Source of the DNA: Phaeosaccion multiseriatum
Taxonomy: Eukaryota; Protista; Ochrophyta, other classes
Direction of reading: 5' to 3'
Assembly: GCA_965112735.1 (NCBI GenBank)
Contig: OZ218953.1
Coordinates: forward strand, 3,844,001 to 3,908,000
Length of the DNA: 64,000 nucleotides
Positions 12,101-24,444 of the stretch are shown piece by piece. Position numbers and translations under genes: made by a program. Position 1 is the stretch's first letter; every line of letters begins with the position of its first letter. The notes under the pieces were generated by a model. It searched no databases and was not told the origin of the DNA. It saw only the letters and a program-made list of their open reading frames with translations.

Positions 12101-13292
12101 GCGTCCACCACAAACAGCTCTGCCTCGTCTGCCCCCACCGCCTGCGCCAGCAGCGCCCACTCAGTGTCCAACAGAGCCTTGGCATCGAGGCCCGTAGCCT
12201 GCGCAATACCCTCGCGAATGTTCTGAATGGTCGTGAAACCGTGCTCGTCGGGCTTGAGCGCGAGCACCAGGTGCTGCAACTGACGACTGAACTCCTCCCT
12301 TAGCGCAGGTGCCTCCGTGTCCTCCAGATCCATCGTGCCGAACAAGTTGTAGTCGTGGTTCGGGGCCGCACCATGGTTGCCTCCTCCTCCTCCTCCAATA
12401 CCCGAGGCACCACCAACGCCGCTGCCGCCCCTGGCCAGAGGACTCATGCTGCTCGCAAGAAAGGCGTTGTCGCCCCCCCTCCGCCCCCGCGACAACGGCG
12501 AGCCTGCCCCTACACCTTGAAAGGTGTTGCGCATGGGGCTCTGAGCGCGAGGCGAGGAGCGGTGCACGGGGGAGGAGAACATGGCGGAGTGGCCAAGACC
12601 ACCTGCCGCCCCTCCTCGGGCGTGAGTCCGCGTGTTTCCGAGGCCGAGGTGGTGGGTGGGGGACGCCGTCCCACCTGGAGTGTCTTCCGTCCGCACAGCA
12701 ATCTCCTGATACACCTGTGGCGTCGGCAGGGCACAGAGAGGGCAGGGTGAGAATGCGGTGGATTGAGCCTCTTCTGACGAGTAGGGGAGTGCGCGACTTC
12801 ATGACTAATGCTCACACCACTCTCCACTCTCCTACAAATCAATCAAAGCAATGCCTTCTGCTCGTCCTGCCTGCTCTCCCTCCCCCCCTGTCCCCCGCCT
12901 GCCCATATACCTGTCTGTGCTGCTTGTGCCTGAGCCTCCGATATGCCTCCACCAAGCCCTGTAACGCCTCCCTCTCCATGATGCGCAGCAGCGGGCCCAA
13001 CATGCGCGACTGCTGTACCGCAAACTGATGGAACGCCTCAGGAGAGATGCGGCCCTCCCCACCTGGCGAGATGCGCATCACCAACTGGTGTAGTTCGCGG
13101 TGCGACAGACGTACACTGGGGTCCACCTTCTCGAGGAAGCACGCAATGTCCTCGACGGTGGCGTAGTCTGGGAAGGGCTTCTTGGTGGAGAGTTTGTGCA
13201 GCTTGGCAATCTCCTTCCATGCCGTGCTGGAGTCTACGGCGTCGGCGTTACTCTGCTGGATCTTACTCACCTGAGGCAGCCAAGTTGCAGTC

Positions 13293-13329
<37 letters not shown>

Positions 13330-16300
13330 GGGGGGGGGCAGAAAAAGGGCACAGCAACATCATAAGTTGAGATGAGAGTCCAGCTCTCCGGCAAGAGTGC
13401 GACAACTTCAACTTCAACTTCAACTTCCACCTGGACCGAGCTACAGCCCCACCCACCCATCCGCCCACCTGCAGAGAGAGCACATAATCCCGGAGGCGTT
13501 CCAAGGCGCGGCCGACCCGAGCCGCTGCGCGTTTGTCCTTGTCCTCCTTGCTGAGGAAGAAGTTGAGGAAGTGGAGCAGGTCCACTCGCTCCAGGCCGTC
13601 CTCCTTGCCGTCGAAGCGGCTCCGGAGGGCACTCTGTTCGGGCCGGGTCAGGTACACGCCGCATTCGTGAAGCATACGGGAAAAGTCCGACCTGCAGGGG
13701 GGGGGGGGGCAAAGGGGGTGGTGGGCTTTGTCAGGACTAGAGGAGAGGAGCAGGAGGACGACTCGATCCGCAGGTATAGGCTTCATCACATCAATCACCT
13801 TGGGCCAAGGAATGCCGGAGCGAAGAGGTCAACCTCACTTTCTCACTCTATCACTCACTCACTGACTCACTCACTGTCTTACTCACTCGCCTACTCTCTT
13901 ACTCACTCACTCACTCACTCACTCACTCCCTCACTCACTCGCTCACTCACTGGCTCAACTCACTCACTCACTCCCTCCCTCACTCCCTCACGCACCTGTC
14001 CAAGAGCCCGTCCCCGTCCCTGTCGAGCCCCTCGAACTTCCTCCTTAGCGCCTTGATCTGCTCGCGTCTCGCCTGCCCAATCTTGCGGAACATGCCCACT
14101 CCGAACTTGCGGCGCAGCAGATCCGCCACCTCGTCGAGCTCATCCCCCGTCAGCGACACGAAAGCGAGCCACTCCCTCCGGTCCAGGAGCTTGCTTCCGT
14201 CCTTGTCGAGCCTGCCCAGGAAGAGGGTGAGGTCCTTGGAGCTAACATTAAGCCCCACCTCTCGGAGAAGCTTCTGCAGCTGGCGCTTGGTCAGCAGCCC
14301 CTTGCCCTGTCGCAGTAGGGGGAGAGAAGGACAATGAGGAGGTGCCAAGAAATAAAGAAGAGTGGCCGGATGGACGGACGGACGGACGGACGGGCAGGGC
14401 AGGGCGAGGGTAGGGTTTAGGGGTTGAAGGGCCCTTGAGCGGATGGGTAGGGCTCCGGTTCACATGAACATTGAACATACATGGACATGCCTGCATGTCG
14501 AGAGTGCCGAGTGAGCAGGTAGAGAGGGGGGCAACCAACGCGCGCTTCCTCCCCCTCACCCTCACCCTCACCCTCACCCCCTCACCTTGGCATCGAACTT
14601 GTTAAAGAGGCTGGAGTAGTCCATGGACGCTCCCCCCTCCTTATTCACATTCTTTGGCGACACGTACTCTCGCACATGCCGGCGGATGTTCTGTTCAAGC
14701 ATCATTTGGCGCTGCTCCGGCAAAGGAAGGGGGGGGGGGAGAGAGGTGAAGATGAAGCAAGGCGGTGGAAACAAAGGTGGGCCCTAGAAGGGAGGTAAAA
14801 AGTGAGGAGACGAGAAGGTGTCAGTCTTACTCGGGGCAGGACGCGCAAGGCTGTTCCCCTGAAACATCCACCGTCAGGCTTGGGCAGGTCTCTCATCCTT
14901 GGGCCCAGTGTAGTGCAGGACAAATCACCCTCGTCGGGACCTCTGGGGCTCTCCCTCCCCCCTCTCCCTCCCTTTCTCTGCCTCTCTCCCTCCCTCTCTG
15001 CCTCTCTCTCTCTCCCTCCCTCAACCCCCTCTTACTCCCTCTCTATGCCTCTCTCCCTCCCTCTCTCTTTGCCTCTCTCTCCCTCCCTCTCTCTCTGCCT
15101 CTCTCTCCCTCCCTCTCTCTTTGCCTCCCTCTCCCTCCCTCTCTCTTTGCCTCTCTCTCCCTCCCTCTCTCTTTGCCTCTCTCTCTCTCCCTCTGCCTCT
15201 CTCCCTCTCCCCCCCCCCCTCCCTCCCTCCCTCTCCGCACGTGTATCTATGTACAACTCACCTTGGCCTCGGACATGGTGGAGGCAACATGGTAGGAAGT
15301 GCCCCCCATGTGCTGTGACCCCGTCCGCCGCGCTCTGATGGGCTTGTACCACAAGAAGGTGTCCTTTCCGATGGTGCCTCCGTTGAGATTCCCCGGCACG
15401 AGCAGGTAGCCCCTCCCTGGGGGCGTGTAGATCTCGCTGGTGCGGTCCTTGGACTTTCCCGTCGTGATAGCAATGTCCAGAATGGAGTCCCTCTCCTCCT
15501 GTGCATGCACACACACACACACAGAGTGAGAGAGAGAGAGAGACGAAGAATGTTCTTGAGAGAACACACACACACGCCGATGCACATGGTGATGCCGACT
15601 CCTCTCTGTAACCGCCTCTCCGACCCATGCGGCACACCTCGCCGTCCTGTGCCTCGTCTTTTCTCTCCTGCCCCACCCCGGCTCACACGCAACCACCCGC
15701 GTATCCATCCATACCACCTACCTGCTCCTCCGTTGTGGCTCTCCTGACCCAAAAGTACTGCGATCGAGAGAGGGTGTTGCCCTTGTTGATGTTCCTCTGC
15801 AGGCACTGATAGCCGTCCACCACCAAGGCAGAGTTCACATTCTTGCTGTCAATAAGAATGTCCACAAGCGGCTTGAGTCGAGCACCCGCTCCTCCGTGCT
15901 TGCGACGACGGTACCAGAGGTGGACGCTCCGTCCAAAGGTCCCTTCGTTCAAGTTGGCGTCCACACTTTGTGCAGGCAGGAAAGCAGCAGGGGCAGGAAG
16001 AAGAGACAAGGAGGAGGAATACACGGCTCAGACGCAAGAGCGCTCAGCGAATTACGAGAATGGAAATGAAATTACACCATGTCGTACCGTCGGTAACCGT
16101 TGGCCTCGAGCTCCGCCTCCTCCGCGCGAGAGGTGGACACGTGTATGTCAACGATTGCCCCACTCGCCTTGGACAAGAGGCCCGCGATGGCCCCCGTGGC
16201 CACCACGTCCTCCCCCGCAGGCCCCACGAAGCCCAGAAAGTCGTCCAGGCTCGCCGCGCCGTCTCCATCAATGTCAATGAGGCTGAGCAGAGCCCGGGCC

Positions 16301-17344
16301 TCCTCCTCGCTCACGTCGAGACTGAGCCAGTCGTCCAGCAGGTTGGCCAGCACCCGGGGAGATATGCTGGCGCCGCGGTGGGGCTCTGCCAGCAGGTCGT
16401 ACATGTCCCTGAGTTGGCTGTCTCGGCGACCGAACTTCTTCTTTAGTTGCTCGCGCAGATGACGGCAGGCGTCTCTCACCTCCGTCTCTGTCATGAGGAC
16501 GGCTTGCAGCATCTCCTGCATGCTCACTGCCGCCACTCCCGCCGCACCGGTACCCTTCTCGAACTGGTGGAAGGCGGAGTCGGCATCCACTACAGAGGGC
16601 GACTCTCCAGTGATATCCAGGACCGCCTGGGATATGACGAGGAGCGACAGCAGAGGAGAGATGCGAAGGGCGGCGGAGTCAGACCGCAAACACGGAGCGG
16701 TGGTAGGCGAGAAAGAGAAGATATAAGGGACAACCTCTCAGCACACGCGTGTGGTGCAGGAGAATAGGGGGTGGGGAGGCTGCATGCGTGGACTGCTTGT
16801 GGGAAGCATGAGCTCCGTTTCTCTCCTTCTGTACAATGACACCACGTCAATGTGCAGAGTCTGTAGTGGTGCGTATCTCAGCAGCCTACCCCCCCCTCGT
16901 CTCTGATATACCTGTTTGAATCCCTCTGCGTCCATGGAGGGCTGCCCTCCGCCGAGGTCTCCGTACTTCTCGAAGATGGACTCCACATAGTCCTCCACGA
17001 AGAGGAAGCTGCGGGGCGGGCCCGTTCGAGCAGCACGAGCACAACATTGAGTACGGCATCAGAAGAAGTAGGATCATTTGCACACACAGCACATAGCCAC
17101 TTCTTGCGCTCTCTCAGCCATGCGTGGCTCACAGGAGGATAGTAGGGAGGGCGAGCTCGAGCCGGCCAAGTTGCATATGCCATGACTGTCAAGGTACGAC
17201 ATCGTACGATACAGCACGGTAAAACAGCCGTTGATGCGCTCTCTTCACGTACCCGTCTTCATTAAGGTGTGACTGCTTCCTTATGGAGGCCTTCACCTCC
17301 TCCCACAACCTCTTTCCCCCCTCTTCCTCCTCTGGGCCCGCCAT
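8047..17344 (-). CDS. Giant multi-EF-hand protein with a MABP (beta-prism)-like domain and two C-terminal RanBP2-type zinc fingers
   Basis: Many EF-hand loops (DIDGDGAASLDDF, DKDGSKLLDRREW, DEAGNGAIHVDDF, DLNGDGVINPQEF, DVDGSEGLDYREF, DRYGDNGVDYQSF, DLSRTGFVTRADL). MABP-like repeats IVDIHV..GY..VDANLNEGTFGRSVHLWYRR / LVDILI..GY..NINKG..YFWVRR / ILDIAI..PPGRGY..GNLNGG..FLWYK at ~15330-16150. Zinc fingers WMCAVCFFTEN..CEICNAP and QCPNCSFDN..CQMCGEP at ~8310-8495. The 5' exons (16910-17344) are uncertain. Confidence 0.8.
13835..13990. repeat. (CACT)n = (GTGA)n intronic microsatellite
   Basis: Visible tetranucleotide run directly after the minus-strand donor. Confidence 0.9.
14950..15235. repeat. 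CT-rich compound minisatellite in an intron
   Basis: Repeated GCCTCTCTCTCCCTCCCTCTCTCT-type units. Confidence 0.9.
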
Positions 17345-17584
17345 TGCAAACCACTTCCTCTCCTTCTATTTACGACTCTTCTTGTGCAATGCTTCCCAGC
17401 AGCATGCGTCAAAAGCAGCAACCACGAAGAACAGTGTTCACCATCCCCTTTCCCCTTTCTTGCAGCAGCGTGCTGCTTGCTCTGCGTAAAGTTGTCGTCC
17501 AGTACATTTTCGGCTCAAGGGATTTTCGGTTACACCTTCTTGGCCTCAAAAAAACGCTCGATCTCTTGCTTTGATACATGTAAC

Positions 17585-17835
17585 CTCGGCCCTGGAAGAG
17601 GTTATCAGATTACTGATTACTGCCGGCGCCAGCCGGCCTGATTACTGATTATGGCGCCAGCCGGGCCTGATTACTGATTATGGCCGGCGCCAGCCGGGTC
17701 TGATTACTGATTATGACCGGCGCCAGCCGGCCTGATTATGACGGGCGCTAGCCGGCCTGATTACTGATTATTGGCGCCAGCCGGCCTGATTACTGATTAT
17801 GACCGGCGCACACTGTAACCTCTTCCAGGGCCGAG
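17585..17835. mobile_element. MITE-like element A: 20-bp perfect TIRs, ~7 internal 25-33-bp tandem units, flanking direct repeat
   Basis: CTCGGCCCTGGAAGAGGTTA (17585-17604) is the exact reverse complement of TAACCTCTTCCAGGGCCGAG (17816-17835). TAAC flanks both sides (17581-84, 17836-39); this could also be read as a 6-bp GTAACC. The interior consists of GATTACTGATTA-[T/TGAC/CTGC..]-GGCGCCAGCCGGCCT units. Confidence 0.85.
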
Positions 17836-17901
17836 TAACCCGGCCGTACATCCTCTTCATTAGTTAAAGTCAACACGACAACGGGGCGTTGCTCACTCCA
17901 A

Positions 17902-20788
17902 TCAAGACTCCATGGCGCTACTCTCCCGCATCGACGTGCCCAAGGGGCGGTAATACTCGGATTGTCCCTGCCCCTGGCTCTGCCTCTGCTGCCCGCTCCG
18001 TCGGGACCGCCGCGGCTCGTCGTCTTCGAGCTCCGGCTCCACCACTGCCTGTGCCAAAAGCTCCGGCTGTAGATACGCGCGATAGGCGTCCACGCCCACC
18101 GGGAAGTCGCGCTTGCGTTGGTAATCCAACGTGGCGGCAATCTCCAGAGGGAGGGTCTCTGAAGCGGGCTCGTACACGTCGCGCTGCCGCACCTTGAACA
18201 CCCAAGTGGCGATGATGGCGGCGCCCACCACTCCCGCCTGCGCGTAGCCTTCCTTGAGCAGCAAGATGCCAATCATGGTGCCTTGCGCGATGAGCACCGC
18301 GAACACCACCCGCCGGAACACCTACACCAGCCGCAGCAACAGCCACAGCAGCAGCAGCGCAGCAGCACACCAGTACACCAGCAGCACAACAATGGGGATG
18401 AGGAGATGAGGAGATGAGGAGAGTCGTAAAAATCAGCACACGAAGGGGGTGAGGGGAGTGGTAATACAAACAGTCGAATGTGAAGGGAAAGAGAAGAGAC
18501 CAAGAGGCGGACGGACCTTTGGGAAGAAGCGACCCCCGGTTTCGAAAATAGGCTCGTACACATACAGCATCTGGTGCTTGTACGTTAGGTAGGCGCAGAG
18601 GAAGTAGGGGATGGCCACCACGAGGATGAAGGGGTTCACGCAGGCGTATGTCAAGGTCACCACCGCCACGAGCAGGTCTTGCGCGTAGTACTTATCACCG
18701 GGGGGGGAGGGAGGGAGGGAGGGAGGGAGGGAGGGAGGGAGGCAACGTAACGTCGTTAGAACTGCCACCATCCAAAGACTGGATGAGAGCGGACCACGCG
18801 TGCTCCTCCACGAGTACTTATGTGTGACACACTTCACACTTCAACAAGACCCATCCACTCCACTCAGCAGTCTTTGCGCCTCCCTCTCCCTTCCCCCATC
18901 CTATCCGTCTCGGGCTTATGCCATTGGCCGCCCCCCCCCCCCCCCCAATCCTGAGCCTATCATCGACGGACCTTGGGGTAGTTGAACCAGCCGGCGTCAA
19001 AGTAGGGCCTGATGCCCATCAGAACGTGCTTCCTGTGGCGAGGCGTGTCTTGCGGCGCCACACACAGGAGGATGTAATGCTGTATCAGTCGAGCGAAGCC
19101 AGTCAGCTCCATCCTGAGAGAGCCAGCCGTCAACAGATGAAACAGTGCACACAGGATGAGGTGAGCAAGGGGGAGAGAGGCGAATAAACACTTGTTGGAG
19201 ACAGTTTCATGTCGGGACGGAGAAGGCTGCTTTCCATGTCCACGAGAAAGGAAGGCCACAGCAGAGGCCAGGAAATGGGCAAGGTGTGGATGGAGTGCGA
19301 TTGGAGTGACTCGGTTCGTTAACTCACTCACCACAAGTCCTTTTAACTCACTCATCACAAGCCCCGTTAACTCACTCACCACAAGCCCGACAGCCCCTTG
19401 ATGAGGATGTACTCCGTGAAGAAGCCGCACATCTTGGGCAGAGACTCGCCGAGTAGTGTGAATGTCTTCTTCGGGTCCTGCGAGAGACACCGCCGCAGCG
19501 CACACACGCAGAGAGAGAAAGACGGGGGAGAGAGAGACGCGATTTGAGAGGAGGCCACGGGAGAGGCAGAACAACCAACCAATCCATTTAGTCTCGCAAG
19601 CTCAAGGAGTGAGCTATTTGAAGTTGAAAGCATCCTCAGGCACAGACACACCGGACGCTCAATGCCCCTCCACGGTCATCTGGTGCCATCATCCCCCTCT
19701 TTTGTTGGGAGGCACACCTCCCACTTGCCACCCACCCACCCACGTACCTTGACAATCTCCGAAATGCAGTCAAAAACAGATCCCGCGGCTGTGAGCAAGA
19801 GGGCGGCAGAGCGAGGGTGGAGAAGCACAGAAGGTCGCGACAGACAGTCGTGTTAGAGGAGTGTCAGTTTCGTACGAGCGAAAGAGCTTCTAAAACGAGA
19901 GAAACAACAAAAACGCTCTCCCACTCTTCTACTCCTCCTTCCGGAAACGATATGCTCTGTTCGGCGCTCTGCGATGTCCATCGCTCACTCACTTGTCGTT
20001 ACAAGAAAGACGTTGATGACCTGAGGGTAGTAGCGAGGATAGAGAGGGGGGGGGGGCACACGATACAGATTGCGCCCACAATGAGAGGACGGGCAGGCAC
20101 AGCAGGTTGGACACTCTTCTCCCTCCCTCATGTACTCCATCCACTAACTCACAGATGGCAGACTCTCTGCGGGCCACTTTTCTCCCCCCCTCTCTCCCTT
20201 CTTAGCGAGCCCGAGGCAGACGGCCGTACATCCACTCACTAACCTGGAAGGCAAAGTAGCGACTGAGGGCAAGCAGTTGGTTCTCCGACTCTGACTTGCA
20301 GCCTTGCGCAATGCCCAGTACGCGGATCATGGGCGGAACGGTGGCCATGAGGGCAAGCAGCGCCATCGGCTGCAGTGAAGACACCAACGCAGAGAAGAGC
20401 GACGACTCCTCGCAGAGGTTGGCCACCCAGTCGTAGCGGGACTCAAGAGCCGCCTGAGACAGAATGAGGTACAGCAGCTGCAAGGGAGGGGAGAGGAGGG
20501 GAGGGAAGGGCGGGCGGCGGAGGAGGGATGGGAGGGAGGTCCCGGCGGCGGAGGAGAGGAGGGCAGGTTAAAGGCAGAAGCGTGGGGGTGGGGGGTACAG
20601 GGGGCAGGGGGCAGGGTACCCCAAGAATGGGCACGGAGCAAGCACTTGAGTCAGTCAGGGACGCTCAAGTAAAGGGCTGTCGTCCTTACCGTGACGGGCA
20701 CAACGTAGAAGACGAAGATGAAGCCGAGGACGATGTCCACAGTCACTCGGCGCCTGCAAGTATATGTTTGTAGGAGCGTGTGTGTGAG

Positions 20789-20847
<59 letters not shown>

Positions 20848-22276
20848 GGCAGCAGATGAAAACACGTGTGCGGGGGAGGGGGCAACCGAGGCAAGCTGCA
20901 TTCAAAGCGAAGAATACTCCTCAACCGCACACACATACACATACCCTCCTCCTGCGAGGGCCTTGTCCTGTCTTCAGTGCGGACCCCCTCCTCCCACCCC
21001 ACCGCCCACTCACAGCCCATTCACTGCCCCACTCACTACTTCCCCATTTACTGCTCCACTCACGACTACCCCATTCACTGCCGCACGGCCGCACTCACCC
21101 CGCCCTTGTCCCCTTGGTGATGTATATATTCTCCCAATACACGTCTCGCGGCTCGGGGGCGTCCACGGCGGCGAATCTCCCTGGGGCCGCCCCGTGATGC
21201 ACCTGCAGAGAGGAGAGAGAGAGCGAAGAGAGAGAGAAAGACACTGCACTGTGAGAGGGGAGGTAGCAGAGCAGAGCAGGACAGAGGAGAGCAAAACTCA
21301 CGCAGAAGCATCTCTTAGGATGCTCACCCTGACCCTGGCCCTGACCCTGACCCTGACCCTGGCCCTGCGTCTGATCCTGGCCCTGACCTGCTGTGCGATG
21401 GTGGCCGGGGTGTAGGTCCTGAAGGTGACGAAGGCCTTGGTGGCCATGAGCGGGGCCGCCACCTCGGGAGCGGGGCGAGCTGACTCGCGCTGACGCTTGT
21501 TAGATGGGGGGGCGCCATCGGCCGAGTCGGGCTTGTTGGCGGGGAGCAGAGCTGCCTCTCTCGGGCTGGGCAGGGCAGGGCAGGCCAGGCCAGGGCAGGG
21601 CAGGCCAGGGCAGCAACAAACAAGCCGAGAGCAGGCAGGTACGAGCAAGGTACGAGCGAGGGGGGAGGAGTGAGTTAGTGAGTTACGTCCATAAGTGAGG
21701 GGTGCGAGGAAGGGGGCTCTAGGAGAAGGGATGGAGAACGATGGAAAAATCAGGAATCGTAGAGAGGAGGAGTGAGGAACCAACCAACCCACCCACCGAC
21801 TCACTCACTCACTCACTCACTTGTGGTTTTCCAAGGCAGAGCTCTCGGTAATGCCTACGGCGAGGTGAGGGGATGGAAACGAGGCAGCGGTGCAGGAAGA
21901 GCAAGCGGGCACAAAGGCTTAGGGGCGAGCCAGCGGGCGTAACGGGCACACAAACGACGGCGAGCAAGGCCCTCTAGCGGCATGAAAACGATGCATGAAC
22001 GAACAGCCCACCCGCCTCACCCCCTACCTCTGTGCACTGTCCATGCCATGCTGGCGAGGCGATCCATGAAGCCGCTTCCGCCCCGTGGAGGAGCGACAGA
22101 GGGCTCAACGTCCTCCTCGTCGTCATCGGGCAAGCCCCCTCCGTGGTGCGGACGAGCACCGGCGGGGGGCGTTGGCTGCCTCCAGTCTTCGTCTATGTCT
22201 CCCTTTTCTTCGGCGTCGTTGCCCTCGCTGAGGGAATCCCCCTCCTTGCGGTGACTCAGACGCTGAGGCAACAAGC

Positions 22277-22307
<31 letters not shown>

Positions 22308-24086
22308 TGTGGAGACGGACAGGTGAGGACACGTGGACTACCCACGAGAAGGAAGGAAGGACGCGGAAAGCAGCAACCCCACAAGACAAGACACGGATAG
22401 CCCGCCCACATACAAGTCAAACGCCCTCCTTGCCTTCCCTCACCTGCGCATACATCTCTACAGGGCCTGTTTTGCCCGAGACGGTCCAATCCTCGGGCAG
22501 AGGAGGATCCAGCTCCACCACCGCACCACCCCCCTGCTCCACAATCTTTGTCGTGAAGAGAGGCATGACAACGTGCTTGTCCTTCAACTCAAGGAAGCGC
22601 CGCTTCCTCGCCTGCTGCCCGCCGATCTGCGTGTTGAGAGCCGCCAGCTCGCCGGCGTACTGCTCCACCCGGGTGTCGAGGGCCGCTTGACGCGCGTCCC
22701 TGTCGCCGCTGCCCAGGGCCCTGCAGCACAGCCGGTTGTAGAGGCCTCTTCGCGGACCTCTGGCTTGGGCCACGAGGCAGCTCTCCAGCTTGTCCACCAC
22801 GGACTCGCGCTCCGCAATGAGCTTAGCAAGGTCCTTGAGATCCTGCAGGGCAAAGCGCAGGGTGGAGGGGGAGGGGGGAGGGTGAGGGGTGATGGTCAGA
22901 GCACAGCGAGTACAGAGGAAAGGGAGTGACCAAGAACCATCGAAGGGGAATAACGACAAAAGAGTGCACTCCAAGAGGGTCCAAGGCCACTTACTTGCGC
23001 GCATGACACGCTGAGCACGCTGTTGTTGTAGAGGACGTCGAAGTAAGCCTTGAGCTTGGCGTTGCTGCGCATACTGCTCGGCACGTCCTCCACCAAGATG
23101 GTGCGCATGTGAGCAGCGCCCAGCTTGAGGTATTGGTGTCGCAGGCGGCAGTAGGTGCGAAACTCGCCGTTGAGGAAGTAGAAGGTGATGAAGGTGAGTA
23201 GCCATGTGCCCACGACGGGGGCCCAGAGCCGCGGACTGCCCGGTTTGATGTTGGACATGGACATTCGAGAGAAACTGTTGCGAGGGGGGTGTTCGACGAA
23301 CCAGACCGACATGATGTGAGGGAGGGGCAGAGGATAGTCCGCGTACACAGGGAGATTTGAGCAACATGAGGAAACTCTCTCTCTCTCGCGGGCGCGCTTT
23401 GTCATTGTGGCCCGGCACGCACCTGTTGATACTGTCCGACGACTGGTAGTAGTTGCTCGTGACGTTGATGGGGAGGATGACAAGCAAGCAAAAGGGTGCA
23501 ACGGCTGCCGATATTTTGCAGCACAGCACGTAGAATCGAATGTACAGCAGCGCGTCGAATCCGGCGTACTCCAAAAACTCAGACTCGGGCATGCGAATCA
23601 GGTGCCATATCCACAAGAAGGGCCCTGGAGACAAGACGAAGGGGGGAGGCGGACGAAGGAGGAAGAGGCAAGCGGGGACATGAGCGATCTGAGTGTCCCA
23701 ACATGTGTCTCGATTTCTTCTCCCTCTCAGCTGTCACAGCGATGGCTCGTGCGCTCTCTCCCAACCTCCGAGCAACTTTTCTTTACCACCCCTTTGACCC
23801 CCCCCCCACCCTATAATGGGGTAGAAAGTACCCTCCTCTCCTCCCTCCTTAGTCTCCTCGTTACCAAGCCCTCACCTCTTTGCGGGGGGGGTAGACTCGG
23901 GGGCTTCAAAGCTCTCTTTGGGGAAAAGTAGTCCACCTCTTTCCATCGTTTTACGGTGAAGTAAATGAAGAACACAGCGACGACAGCCGCATTGGCCGCG
24001 GCAACGTAGCCGATCTCATCGAATCCCTCATTCTCAGTCTCGCTAAAGGCCTCCGCATCCACGAGCCAGGACGGAATCCAGCCCAT
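17902..24086 (-). CDS. CSC1/OSCA/TMEM63 (ERD4-like) mechano/osmo-sensitive calcium-permeable channel
   Basis: Hallmark segments: N-terminal TM + YFSPK; AGFDALLYIRF..LPINVT; SMSNIKPGSPRLWA; RTILVEDVP; AFVTF; APEPRDVYWENI; YAQDLLV..TYACVNPFILV..YLTYKHQMLYVYEPIFETGGRFFP. Spliced across about 14 exons. Confidence 0.92.
19320..19392 (-). repeat. Three ~24-bp tandem copies of an exon end plus 5' splice site
   Basis: Minus strand: GGGCTTGTG|gtgagtgagttaac ggggcttgtgatgagtgagttaa aaggacttgtggtgagtgagttaac. Confidence 0.85.
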
Positions 24087-24444
24087 GACTGCAGTGGGCA
24101 GCCTCCTTTGGAGGAGGTTTACAAATCAGCCAAACAGGTCCCTCGCCGCGCTTTCTTTGCAGCGGCCCCTGCTCCGACTTTTTCTGCTGCTGCTTATATT
24201 GCTGCTTCTTCCTCTACCTCTCCTTCCCCGGGCTAGCGGCAGAGGGTCGCGCGGAAGGAATAGTAACGATTTGGAGGAGAGAAAGGTTGGGCAACCGCCG
24301 AGGGCACCCAAGTGCATGCGGGTGGAGCCAAAATTCTTGGCTGAGCCGAAAGAGGGCGACAAACAATAAACGGGAAGGGGGGGGCGAGGATGCCTTAAGC
24401 TTGACGAGAAGAAGTAGCTCTTCTACGTGAAGGCGGCAGAAGCC

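Noticed and set aside
17605-17812. Regular ~30-bp repeats resembling a CRISPR array
   Set aside because: There are no unique spacers and no cas genes, the context is eukaryotic, and the array is bounded by TIRs.
21325-21388. (CCCTGA/CCCTGG)n as an interstitial telomere
   Set aside because: Short, mixed units inside an intron that start at a splice donor; better explained as a local microsatellite.
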